NCBI GenBank assembly: GCA_966252305.1
Contig: CBINOO010000002.1
Coordinates: 20,089-84,088, forward strand
Direction of reading: 5' to 3'
DNA length: 64,000 nt
From: an uncultured Acidimicrobiia bacterium
Lineage (GTDB): Bacteria > Acidobacteriota > Vicinamibacteria > Vicinamibacterales > SCN-69-37
The position numbers and the translations under genes are program-made. Shown piece by piece: positions 22,771 to 31,425 of this stretch. The stretch's first letter is position 1. Each line of letters begins with the position of its first letter. The notes below the pieces were generated by a model. That model was not told the origin of the DNA, ran no database searches, and worked only from the letters and a program-made list of their open reading frames with translations.

Positions 22771-24300
22771 CTACTTCCGCAGTCCCCGGTCGATGAAACT
22801 CAGCAGGTTGTCGCGCAGGGCCACGCGATCTTCGTCGCGCAGATACATCATGTGGCCGGCCTGGTAGTACTTGAGCGTGATGTTCTGCTGCAGCCGTGCG
22901 GGCAGGCCCAGGTGCGACATGGTGAACTCCGCCGGGAAAAACGGCGTGGCCATGTCGTAGTAGCCGTTTTCCACCTGCACGACCATGTGCGGGTTCGCAA
23001 TCATCGCTGCGACGAGGTCACTCTGCACGTTCGGCGCGCTGGGGAAGAAGCCGCGGCCTCCACCCTGCCGCACCCAGTTCCATCGGCCACCCGCGCCGTT
23101 GGTGTTGAGGTACGGACGATCGCCGCCAAACTTCAGGACTTCACGCGAGTAGTGGTTGACCGCGGCCGTGTAAGCGCTGCCAACGGCGTTGTTGAAGGGG
23201 TCGTTCTCCGAGTTCTCGGTGAGCTGGTTGAAGGTGTCGCCGGCAAACCGCGCGTCAATGCGTCCGGCCGTCATGCGGCGTGAGCGCATGAGTTCGGCGT
23301 TGAACTGCGCGAGTGTGGGGCGCAGGTTCGCACGCTTGAGATAGTCGACCGGAAGGCCCGTGAAGGACGACAACTTCGTCGCCACCGCGGTCATCTCGGC
23401 ATCGGTCAGGGCCGAACCCTTCATCAGCGCCGACGCGTAGTCGGACACCGCGTAACGGCGCGCGTCCTCGAGCAGCTGTTCCAGCGATGCCGGCTTGTTC
23501 TGCAGCACGCCGTGATACTAGGCGACCGCGGCGTAGCTCGGCAGGTAGTAGATGTACGGACGGTCGTCTCCGGGCGCAAAGGTGATCGTCGAGAGATCGA
23601 GCACCATCGACAGCAGGTTGAGACCGTTGAGGTGCACACCGCGCTGCTGCAGCATGTTCGAGACGACGGCGCCGCGGAACGTGCCGTAGCTTTCGCCGAT
23701 GATGAACTTGGGCGAGTTCCAGCGGCCATTGCGGCTCAGCCACGTCGTGATGAACTGCGTGAACGCCGCGCCATCTTCATCCACGCCGTAGAAGTCGCGC
23801 TCGGTGCCCTTGCCAACGATGCGGCTGAAGCCGGTGCCCATGGCATCAATGAAGACCAGGTCCGTGCGATGGAGCAGCGTTTCCGGGTTGTCGACAATCG
23901 TGTACGGCGCCGGGGGGGTGTACTGACCGTTGGTGGTGAGCACGCGCTTGGGGCCGACTGAGCCCATGTGCAGCCACATGGATGCCGAGCCCGGCCCACC
24001 GTTGAACAGGAAGGCCACGGGGCGCGCGGCGGCGTCGCCGGCGTCGGTGCGCAGGTACGACACCGAGTACATCAGGCCGAGCGTGTCTCCGGCATCGTTC
24101 TTGATGGCCGTCGTGCCGGCTTTGGCGTCGTAGGTGAGCGTCTGGTTCCCCACGCGCATCGAGTGCGTCGTCGTGCTCCACTCCTCCGCAGGGATGGCCG
24201 GCGCCGCCTGCGCCTGCGACGCGGGTGCCTGTGCAGCGGGCCGATTGGCGGCGAGGCCGACGATGATGATGGCGGCGGCAAGTGTGATGAATCTGCGCAT
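22771..24300 (-). pseudogene. Peptidase S10 (serine carboxypeptidase) family gene interrupted by an in-frame TAG
   Basis: ORFs 23518..24603 and 22771..23508 are in the same frame and are separated only by TAG (23518-23520): ..LPSYAAVA*YHGVLQNKP.. Signal peptide from ATG 24300. GESYG nucleophile upstream of the stop; QAGHMMY His downstream. Confidence 0.75.
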
Positions 24301-24308
24301 GAGAAACC

Positions 24309-24938
24309 TCAGGGGCGAATCGTGACCTTGCGAATGACCGGGGGCGTGAGCGGCTGGCTGGCTTCGCCGCCCGGGCCCATGCGGACCTGCGTGTCGGCAA
24401 GGGCGTCCACCGTGGCCATCCCGGCCACGACGCGACCAAAGATCACGTAGTTGGGCGGCAGCGGATAGTCCGCGTGCATGATGAAGAACTGGCTGCCGTT
24501 GGTGTTCGGGCCCGAGTTGGCCATCGCCACGATGCCGCGCTGATACCCGGCCTGGTACAGCTCGGAGCTGCGGACGATCTCGTCGGGGAATGGTGGTCCC
24601 CACGCGCTGAGGCCACCTGACCCGTCACCATTGGGGTCGCCCCCCTGGATCATGAAGCCCTTCACGATGCGATGGAACGTCAGTCCGTCGTAGTAGCCAT
24701 GTTCGGCGAGCAGTCGGAAGTTCTCGACCGCATTCGGCGCGGCGTCGGGCAGGAATTCGATCACGATTTCACCCTGAGCCGTTTCGATCACGCCGTGTCT
24801 GCCGCCCGAACTCCTGGCGTCGGCCGGCACCTTGGGATTCGTGATCTTTTCCGGAGTGTTGTTGCATGCGGCGACGGTCAACACGCATGCGACGGCGACG
24901 ACACACAGGCGAAGTGAGCGAAGTGAGAAGGGGTTCAC
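24309..24938 (-). CDS. Cyclophilin-type peptidyl-prolyl cis-trans isomerase, lipoprotein
   Basis: Lipobox TVAAC. FHRIVKGFMIQGGDP and GIVAMANSGPNTNGSQFFI motifs. Confidence 0.95.
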   Translation of the reverse strand: MNPFSLRSLRLCVVAVACVLTVAACNNTPEKITNPKVPADARSSGGRHGVIETAQGEIVIEFLPDAAPNAVENFRLLAEHGYYDGLTFHRIVKGFMIQGGDPNGDGSGGLSAWGPPFPDEIVRSSELYQAGYQRGIVAMANSGPNTNGSQFFIMHADYPLPPNYVIFGRVVAGMATVDALADTQVRMGPGGEASQPLTPPVIRKVTIRP

Positions 24939-24945
24939 GGTAATG

Positions 24946-24951
24946 AGGATA
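24946..24951 (-). promoter_or_regulatory. -10-like TATCCT, 7 nt before GTG 24938
   Basis: Minus strand: cgtcTATCCTcattaccGTG. Confidence 0.45.
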
Positions 24952-24969
24952 GACGATCCAGCAATCCCG

Positions 24970-24975
24970 TAGCAT
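24970..24975 (+). promoter_or_regulatory. -10-like TAGCAT, 8 nt before ATG 24984
   Basis: ccgTAGCATaggcgggcATG. Confidence 0.45.
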
Positions 24976-24983
24976 AGGCGGGC

Positions 24984-25853
24984 ATGTGGTCGGTCGCAGG
25001 CAAGACGGTTGTGGTCACCGGGGCAACGTCGGGCATTGGGCTGGAGGCAGCCCGGGTGCTTGCCGGAGCCGGGGCTCGACTTGTGCTGGTGGGGCGGAAC
25101 GCGGAACGGCTCGCCACCGCGCGCGCACTCGTTGGCGGGGCAGGTGCGGTGCCCCCGGAAACATACGAGGCGGACTTTGCCTCGTTACGGTCCGTCAGCG
25201 GCCTGGCGGACGCGTTGCTTAGGGACCTTCCCCGGATCGACGTGCTCATCAACAACGCGGGCAGCGTCTTCGCGCGTCGGACCGTGACGGAGGACGGCAT
25301 TGAGGCCACGTTTGCGGTCAACCACCTGGCGCCGATGCTGCTGACACAACGGTTGCTTCCGTTGCTGGCCGCGGGCGCGCCCTCGCGGATCATTACCGTG
25401 GCATCGGGACGACACTTCAAAGCTACGCTCGACTTCGACGATCTCGGCTTTGAGCGCGGCTACCAGATCCTCCGGGCGTACGCACGCTCCAAGCTGGCGA
25501 ACGTGATGTTTGCGTCCGAGCTGGCGCGCAGGACCGCGGGCATGGGCATCACGTCCTGCAGCCTGCATCCCGGCCGGGTTGCGACCAACATCTGGTCGGG
25601 CGCGCCGCGCTGGTCCAAGCCGCTCATCACCTACTGGCTGAGTCGCACGTTCATCAGCGTGGAAGAAGGCGCCGCGCCGGTGGTGGCACTCGCGACGCGC
25701 GAGGATCTGCCACCAAGCGGGCAATACTTCGATCGACTTGACCCGGCTCAGCCGTCACTGCTTGCGCAGGACGCAGCGCTGGGCCTGCGGTTGTGGAAGG
25801 AAAGCGAGCGCCTGATCGCGCTGGCGCTCAGCGGCTCGCCCGCAACACGCTGA
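24984..25853 (+). CDS. Short-chain dehydrogenase/reductase (SDR)
   Basis: TGATSGIG cofactor motif, NNAG, and the catalytic YARSK. Confidence 0.9.
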   Translation: MWSVAGKTVVVTGATSGIGLEAARVLAGAGARLVLVGRNAERLATARALVGGAGAVPPETYEADFASLRSVSGLADALLRDLPRIDVLINNAGSVFARRTVTEDGIEATFAVNHLAPMLLTQRLLPLLAAGAPSRIITVASGRHFKATLDFDDLGFERGYQILRAYARSKLANVMFASELARRTAGMGITSCSLHPGRVATNIWSGAPRWSKPLITYWLSRTFISVEEGAAPVVALATREDLPPSGQYFDRLDPAQPSLLAQDAALGLRLWKESERLIALALSGSPATR

Positions 25854-26787
25854 GCACCTCGATACAGCGCGGGTTGTTGGTGACCTGAATCGACGTCTCA
25901 GCCCAGCCTTCCGCCGAGGCGTCGTACTGCTCATCTCGCAGCGACGTGTCGGCACCGGCGTCGAGCAGCAGGCGCACCATCTCCACGTCTCCGTTCCAGG
26001 CGGCCGAGTGCAGCGCGGTATGGCGGCTCCGGGCACCAGACCGCGCATTGGCCGAGGCGCCCTGCGAGAGCAGCCACGTGACGATGTCCCGATGGCCGAA
26101 GTCGACAGCGCCCATCATCACCAGGTCATCGAGTACTGCGCCAGGCTGGTCCTTCGCCAGCGCTTGCAGCCTGGGCAGATCGCCCAGACGGGCGTACTCC
26201 TGCGGTGCGGCCTCCACGCCGCGCGCGATCAGATGGGCGACCAGTGGCCGGCCCTTGTCGCCGAGGCGGCTGAAGGCGTCGATGGGCGCCGAGCCCCACC
26301 GGTCCTTCTGCGTCGTCGATGCGCCGAGCTCGAGCAGGCGATCGATCGCGTGTGTGGTCCGTGCGAACGCGAGCAGGGAACCACCATTGGGAGACAACGT
26401 CGGCAGTGGACCGCGGCCCAGCCACGCGTCCATCTCCTCGTCGTTGCCGAGCATCAGGGATTCAAGCAGTCCAATGCGTGCACCGCGGCGAACGAGTTCA
26501 TCACGCATCTCGGTGTGACCGCGCTGGATGGCGAGCATCAGCGGCGACCAGTGGTCGTAGCCGTCGTTGGTACCGTTGACGTCCGCGCCGCGTGCCAGGA
26601 GCAGCTCGAAGATGTCCTGCCGATTGGCTTCAATTGCGAGATGGAGTGCCTGTGGGCGGCCCCCCCAGAACGGATGTGGCGCGACGGCGTTGACAAAGTC
26701 CGGAGCGGCGTCGAGGGCATCGCGCACAGCCGCGGTGTCGCCTTTGCCGACAAGTTCAAGCAAGCGCTGAGCGGTCATGGCCGCCAT
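25828..26787 (-). CDS. Ankyrin-repeat protein
   Basis: Repeated ..LH.A...G....V..LL..GAD.N units (ALHLAIEANRQDIFELLLARGADVN; TALHSAAWNGDVEMVRLLLDAGADTS). The start is uncertain (ATG 26778, 26787 or 26817). The Arg-rich upstream extension of the ORF was rejected. Confidence 0.75.
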   Translation of the reverse strand: MAAMTAQRLLELVGKGDTAAVRDALDAAPDFVNAVAPHPFWGGRPQALHLAIEANRQDIFELLLARGADVNGTNDGYDHWSPLMLAIQRGHTEMRDELVRRGARIGLLESLMLGNDEEMDAWLGRGPLPTLSPNGGSLLAFARTTHAIDRLLELGASTTQKDRWGSAPIDAFSRLGDKGRPLVAHLIARGVEAAPQEYARLGDLPRLQALAKDQPGAVLDDLVMMGAVDFGHRDIVTWLLSQGASANARSGARSRHTALHSAAWNGDVEMVRLLLDAGADTSLRDEQYDASAEGWAETSIQVTNNPRCIEVLSVLRASR

Positions 26788-27102
26788 TGTCGCCCAGGAC
26801 GGCACCGTGGGGCTCATGAACAGCCGTGCCCGGCAATTCGGAGACCATCCCGTGGATCTCGAGTCCCGACGACGGCGATTAAACGCGATACCTCTGGCGC
26901 GTTCGACGCTGCCGCGCCCGAGTGGTACTGGTTCGTTCTGGGACTGGCTCTCTGTGCGGTGCCCTATATTGTGCCGGTCGGTCCGGGGCGAAAGCGGGCG
27001 TGGCCGGGCATGGACCACGGTTTACGCACTGCGCCTCGCCGAATGGGGGACGGCGGCACTGCCAGGGCGCGACGCGTCAGAACAGGCGGATGAACCTCTC
27101 GC

Positions 27103-27378
27103 TCAGGTGTGCCGGAACGTGCGGACCTCTCCCAGCGCCGTCGCCAGGCGCCCTTCCACATCGCCTGGCACCGGATCGGGTGCGCCGAGCTGCTCACGGG
27201 CCGCAGCCACCATCGTTGCGAACTCCTCGCCGAACGTCGCGCACAGCGAGCACGCGCTGACATGACGGGCGATGGCGTCTCGCTGGTCGGCAGGCAACTC
27301 CCCATCGAGAAATGCGCTCAGGTCTTCCATGACGTCAGAGCAACTGAGCCCGGCGATGATGCGTTCATCGGGTCGCAT
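27103..27378 (-). CDS. Soluble zinc-binding anti-sigma factor (ZAS, RsrA-like)
   Basis: 91 aa with no TM helix. H-x3-C-x2-C motif (HVSACSLC) plus an upstream Cys (LSCSDV). GGAG precedes the ATG. Overlaps the sigma gene stop. Confidence 0.75.
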   Translation of the reverse strand: MRPDERIIAGLSCSDVMEDLSAFLDGELPADQRDAIARHVSACSLCATFGEEFATMVAAAREQLGAPDPVPGDVEGRLATALGEVRTFRHT

Positions 27379-27931
27379 GCGGAGACTCCTTCTGCAGTTG
27401 CGCGGCCAGCGCAAGCCGGGCGCGGTGCAGCCGGCTTTTCATCGCGGGGACACTGACGCCGAGCAGGGCGGCGGTGTCCTCGCCAGACAGCCCTTCGAGA
27501 TCCCGCAGCGTCAGGATTTCGCGAGCGCCGCCATCGAGCCGCGAGAATGCGGCGCGAAGGTCGTGACGCCGCTGCGCGCGAATGGCGAGGGCTTCCGGTG
27601 ACACCGCTCCCCACCCGGCACGCACTCCAAGATCGGCAATCGTGTCGGGGTCCGCTCCGGCTGACGCGGCCAGTGGGTCGTGCCCTCGACGCGCGCGCAA
27701 TGTCAGCGCGGTGTTGCGTGTGATGGTGAGCAGCCAGGTGCGCGCAGACGCGTCACCGCGAAACTGCTCACGCGCCCGCCAGGCGCGAAGAAATGTCTGT
27801 TGCAGGACGTCTTCCGCGTCGGCGGGATCGTGTGTGAGCAGGCGAGCCAGGCGGAACACGCTGGCCTGGTGCTCCCGCACCAGCGTGTCAAACGCCTCGG
27901 CCGTGCTCAGGCCTTGCTCTTCACCGGACAC
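27365..27931 (-). CDS. ECF-type sigma-70 factor
   Basis: Region 2 (ADAEDVLQQTFLRAWRA) and region 4 (ILTLRDLEGLSGEDTAALLGVSVPAMKSRLHRAR). GTG 27931 is assumed as the start. Confidence 0.85.
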   Translation of the reverse strand: MSGEEQGLSTAEAFDTLVREHQASVFRLARLLTHDPADAEDVLQQTFLRAWRAREQFRGDASARTWLLTITRNTALTLRARRGHDPLAASAGADPDTIADLGVRAGWGAVSPEALAIRAQRRHDLRAAFSRLDGGAREILTLRDLEGLSGEDTAALLGVSVPAMKSRLHRARLALAAQLQKESPHATR

Positions 27932-28116
27932 GTGGAAATGCCGAGCAGGCTGTACAGCGGGCAGGACCCAAGAGCGCCAGTCAGGACGGGCACCACGCCG
28001 ATGTAGCCCCACGCGCCAATCGTGCCCTGGTATGCGAGCACGATGAGTGTCGCACCAACCGCCACGCGCACGACTCGTTCAATCGGATGTTCGTTGACCC
28101 CAAGGAATCCAGCCAT
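27907..28116 (-). CDS. DUF2892 (YgaP-like) small membrane protein
   Basis: ERVVRVAVGATLIVLA..GVVPVLTGALGSCPLYSLLGIST is the typical family pattern. AGGAGG lies 5 nt upstream of the ATG. Confidence 0.8.
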   Translation of the reverse strand: MAGFLGVNEHPIERVVRVAVGATLIVLAYQGTIGAWGYIGVVPVLTGALGSCPLYSLLGISTCPVKSKA

Positions 28117-28173
28117 TGTCGCCTCCTGAAAACGTCCTTCGCCGCCAATAGACCTCGGCGCGCGAAAAAGGAT

Positions 28174-28779
28174 TCAGGGCCGCTTGTAGATTCCCGACAC
28201 GACCGCCTTGCCCCGCACCCTGCCGGCAATTGCGGCCATCACGGCTTCGCGAATCGCCGGGACCGACGCGCCCGGTGGTCCCAGGGCCGGCACGTTGACC
28301 GTGCCTTCGACCGCGAACAATTCGAACAGGTACACGTGCGGAGGCCCCGAAGCCGGCGCCGCAGGCCCACGGTATTGCGGGCCAGTCACGCTGATCTGTC
28401 GTGTGCCGTCGGCAAGTTGAGGTCCTTGGGGCACAGCTTCCGGAAGGCTGCGGGCCGTGGCCGGGATGTTCCAGACCAGCCAGTGCAGGGTGTCACTGGT
28501 GCCAGGCGCGACCGGCGCGCTGACGTCATGGACGACGAGCACGAAGCTGCCGGTGCCGTCGGGCGGATCGGTCCAGGTCAATGCCGGCGACACGTCATCA
28601 CCGGCCTGCGTGAACTTGACTGGGATGGCACCGCCCGGCGCCCACGGCGCGGTGAGGGTCATGATCTGCATGCCGCCGCGGCCGCGGCCCTGAGCGGCGG
28701 CGGGCGTCTGCAGGCCCGTCCCCGACAGGAGCAGCGCCAACGTCAACGTGACGGATGAGGATCGCATCGGGTGTCGCAT
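28174..28779 (-). CDS. YbhB/YbcL (PEBP / Raf-kinase-inhibitor-like) family protein, exported
   Basis: Signal peptide. SPALTWTDPPDGTGSFVLVVHDVSAP and LHWLVWNIP, PHVYLFELFA motifs. Confidence 0.85.
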   Translation of the reverse strand: MRHPMRSSSVTLTLALLLSGTGLQTPAAAQGRGRGGMQIMTLTAPWAPGGAIPVKFTQAGDDVSPALTWTDPPDGTGSFVLVVHDVSAPVAPGTSDTLHWLVWNIPATARSLPEAVPQGPQLADGTRQISVTGPQYRGPAAPASGPPHVYLFELFAVEGTVNVPALGPPGASVPAIREAVMAAIAGRVRGKAVVSGIYKRP

Positions 28780-28788
28780 GACGGTTCC

Positions 28789-29631
28789 TCAGCGATACCC
28801 TGCGGGTTGGCTCGCGCGCCACGCATCGTATCGCTGACGCAGTGTCTTGACCGGGTTGAGGTTCTCGCCTGCGCGAATGGCGCCCGCACCGCGGTTGTCG
28901 CCGGGCTGCGACACGCTCAGGTACATCGCATATTTGCCGTTGTTGTGCGAATCACCGTTGGTGTCGTTTGTGTTGGCCATGAGGATGTACGCGACGTGCG
29001 CCGTCTTGCCGTCACAGGCGATGGCCGGTCTGCTCCCGTCGCTCGGCCACGGTGGACACGCACACCGGCTGTCGCCACCCGAGCCGTCTGCCGCTTCCAT
29101 CGCCGCCATCACCCGATCCGTCAACGCGCCGGTTGCCGCCAGAAACGCCGCTTCCGCGTTTGGCACCACGAGACCAGGCCGCAGGATGTTGCCTTGAATC
29201 GAATAGTAGATGCCCGTGCCCGGCACACGACCCTGCACGTCCTGGGAGACGTACCCGTTGGTCAGTCCGGAGTGCCCTGCTGCGCGTCCCTGCAAGTCCA
29301 CGATGCCGAATTGGCGGGATTGAAATGCCGGGTCGGCGCTCAGCATCGTGATGATGTTGGCAGGGGACGTGCCCTTCTGCAATTCCCGGAATACCAGCAT
29401 CTGGTTCTGCTTGGTGCCGTCGACCGACGCCTGGCACGCCGCAACACCCTTGCCGGGAACAACAACCGCCTGCACTCCCATCAGGAACTGGTCGTCGCGA
29501 TCCACGCAGGTCGCTGAGGCGATGACCACCCGACCGGTGGCCGTATCGACGGCAACGATGGACCAGGTGGCCCAGGCGGGTGAGGGCAGGAGACACACCA
29601 GCAGGGCGAATCTCAGGAATCGTGTGCGCAT
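28789..29631 (-). CDS. DUF1028-family (Ntn-hydrolase-like) protein, exported
   Basis: After the signal peptide the mature end reads TWSIVAVDTATGRVVIASATCV, characteristic of DUF1028. ATG 29631 is chosen as the start. Confidence 0.75.
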   Translation of the reverse strand: MRTRFLRFALLVCLLPSPAWATWSIVAVDTATGRVVIASATCVDRDDQFLMGVQAVVVPGKGVAACQASVDGTKQNQMLVFRELQKGTSPANIITMLSADPAFQSRQFGIVDLQGRAAGHSGLTNGYVSQDVQGRVPGTGIYYSIQGNILRPGLVVPNAEAAFLAATGALTDRVMAAMEAADGSGGDSRCACPPWPSDGSRPAIACDGKTAHVAYILMANTNDTNGDSHNNGKYAMYLSVSQPGDNRGAGAIRAGENLNPVKTLRQRYDAWRASQPAGYR

Positions 29632-29638
29632 GCGCGGG

Positions 29639-29644
29639 ATTATA
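29639..29644 (-). promoter_or_regulatory. -10 TATAAT, 7 nt before ATG 29631
   Basis: Minus strand: gaccTATAATcccgcgcATG. Confidence 0.6.
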
Positions 29645-29733
29645 GGTCCTGTCCGACGTCGCTCAGTTATGACCTCCGCTGAGGACAAAAACCTGGCACT
29701 TCGGTTGCACAAGGGCAGAGCGGAGAGTGTCGT

Positions 29734-30405
29734 ATGACTCGTTTCAAGTACGTATCCGCCGCAGGTCTTGCCTCCATCGTCATGTTGTCCAGCGCTACGC
29801 TCGGCGCAACGAATGAGGCGTTGCTGAGGGACTGGTTCGAGGGGCGCCGCGTGCGTGTGCGCATTGACATGCCGGGCACGCATGAAGGCGTCAACCTGCA
29901 TCCGGATTCACGGCGCGTGCTCGATACCGGAGACTATCGCGACAACCTTCGTCGCTACGGTGTCGCGATCCCCGCCGGTGAGACCGCGGTCATCACTCTG
30001 GTCAAGGTCAAGAAGGACCTCATCGAAGTGCAGCTCAACGGTGGAGGCTTCGGCACGTTCTTCGACGACACCGACACGTCGGTGCACATCCCGTTTCTGG
30101 GAAAGTCCGACCGTGAACGACAACTCGAGCGCGACCTGAACCGGGAAAACAACCGTGAGCGACGTCGCAGGCTCGAGCGCGAACTCAACGAGCTTCGCAG
30201 CTGGCGCGCGCGGGAGAACGCGCGCATCGCGTTCGAGCGGGAGCGATTGTCGAGTTACAAGGAGCGCCGGGTTCAGTTCAACCGCGATACCGGCGGCGCG
30301 CGATTCAATCTGCGTTTCCGTGACCGTGTGCCCTACGGACTCGGGCCGGACGACATCATGGACATGCTGGCGGAGTACGTCGACTTCGACGTCAGGCGCC
30401 GCTAG
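29734..30405 (+). CDS. Hypothetical exported protein with Arg/Glu-rich coiled-coil segment
   Basis: Signal-like N-terminus. ERQLERDLNRENNRERRRRLERELNELRSWRARE. GGAGAG precedes the ATG. Confidence 0.55.
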   Translation: MTRFKYVSAAGLASIVMLSSATLGATNEALLRDWFEGRRVRVRIDMPGTHEGVNLHPDSRRVLDTGDYRDNLRRYGVAIPAGETAVITLVKVKKDLIEVQLNGGGFGTFFDDTDTSVHIPFLGKSDRERQLERDLNRENNRERRRRLERELNELRSWRARENARIAFERERLSSYKERRVQFNRDTGGARFNLRFRDRVPYGLGPDDIMDMLAEYVDFDVRRR

Positions 30406-30421
30406 CGACAACGGGCGGACT

Positions 30422-30952
30422 CTAGTGAAGGGCGACCCGGTCGCCGCGCATGCGATACAGGCTGTCGACCAGGCCGTCCTTCACGTCTTCGCCCACCTCG
30501 AGCACGCCGAACACGGTGACCGGCGCGGTGCCGGGCGCAGGGATGCGTCGATTGCCGGACATCTTCACGTAGATCCACTCGTCGGGACCACCAATGACCC
30601 CGAAGTGACACGAGTCGATGTTCGACGAGAGGATGAACTCACTGATCCCGTTGCGGTCGACGTCGATGGGCACAACATACCCGCGAATCGAGACCTTCTG
30701 CTGGTGAAACGCACGGGCGCCCGAGGGAATGAGCGAGGCCGACGGCGCGGGGCGCGATGCGGAACCCAGATCGTGGCGCGGGGGCAATGGCGCATCCAGG
30801 TGTGTGAGTTGCGAGAACCGGACGAACGGGTATTCCCGCTTCGCCGCGTTGATCTGGCTGTTGGGCACCACGACTGACTGCGCCGCGACCACGGCAACCG
30901 CGGCGCCGCTCACGACCAGCACAGGCACGAGGTGGATCAGCCGTCGCAACAT
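30422..30952 (-). CDS. DUF3299-like exported protein (paralog of 3908..4450)
   Basis: Internal ATG 30952 gives the signal peptide MLRRLIHLVPVLVVSGAAVAVVAAQ. The core ISEFILSSNIDSCHFGVIGGPDEWIYVKMSG parallels the first copy. Confidence 0.7.
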   Translation of the reverse strand: MLRRLIHLVPVLVVSGAAVAVVAAQSVVVPNSQINAAKREYPFVRFSQLTHLDAPLPPRHDLGSASRPAPSASLIPSGARAFHQQKVSIRGYVVPIDVDRNGISEFILSSNIDSCHFGVIGGPDEWIYVKMSGNRRIPAPGTAPVTVFGVLEVGEDVKDGLVDSLYRMRGDRVALH

Positions 30953-30958
30953 GCCCTC

Positions 30959-30964
30959 AGTATA
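30959..30964 (-). promoter_or_regulatory. -10-like TATACT, 6 nt before ATG 30952
   Basis: Minus strand: gcgTATACTgagggcATG. Confidence 0.55.
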
Positions 30965-30977
30965 CGCACCGCGTGCG

Positions 30978-31412
30978 ATGATGGCCCCCATGCTGCGCGC
31001 CGCTTCACACCTGGTGCTTGCCACCGCCGATGTCCCGGCCATCACGCGCTTTTTTTCCGAGGTATTCGACCTCGCGGCTGCGTTCGAAAATGACATGTTC
31101 TCGGAGTTCGTCCTGCCCTCGAAGTTCCGGATTGCGTTCTTCGTGCCGGTGGGCGCCTCTGCAAAGACCTTTGAGGCCGGGAGTCCTCGCGCGGCGAGTT
31201 CCATCGGGCTGACCGTCGATGACGTGGATGGCGTGTATGCCCGCATCCGGTCGATGCAGGAGCAATGGCCATGCGACGTCAGCGGACCGCCGAAGGATCA
31301 CCCCTGGGGCGAACGCAGCTTCCTGCTCACCGATCCCGACGGCAATCGATGGGAAATCACACGCTCACCATCCACCGACGGCCTGCTGGTTGATCACGGT
31401 GGTTTGGGGTAG
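30978..31412 (+). CDS. Glyoxalase/bleomycin-resistance/VOC family protein
   Basis: HLVLATADVPAITRFFSEVF.. and a C-terminal WGERSFLLTDPDGNRWEI. Start at ATG 30978, 30981 or 30990. Confidence 0.75.
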   Translation: MMAPMLRAASHLVLATADVPAITRFFSEVFDLAAAFENDMFSEFVLPSKFRIAFFVPVGASAKTFEAGSPRAASSIGLTVDDVDGVYARIRSMQEQWPCDVSGPPKDHPWGERSFLLTDPDGNRWEITRSPSTDGLLVDHGGLG

Positions 31413-31425
31413 TCTGGACGGCACT

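Noticed and set aside
24911-24930. Direct 9-bp duplication gaagtgagc/gaagtgaga near the 5' end of the cyclophilin gene.
   Set aside because: It lies inside the coding sequence, encoding SLRSLR in the signal-peptide n-region. There are only two copies and no evidence of function.
25828-27018. Full-length 396-aa version of the ankyrin ORF.
   Set aside because: The first roughly 70 codons (MVHARPRPLSPRTDRHNIGHRTESQ..) are Arg-rich with no ankyrin or signal features. An internal ATG is preferred, though the exact start remains uncertain.
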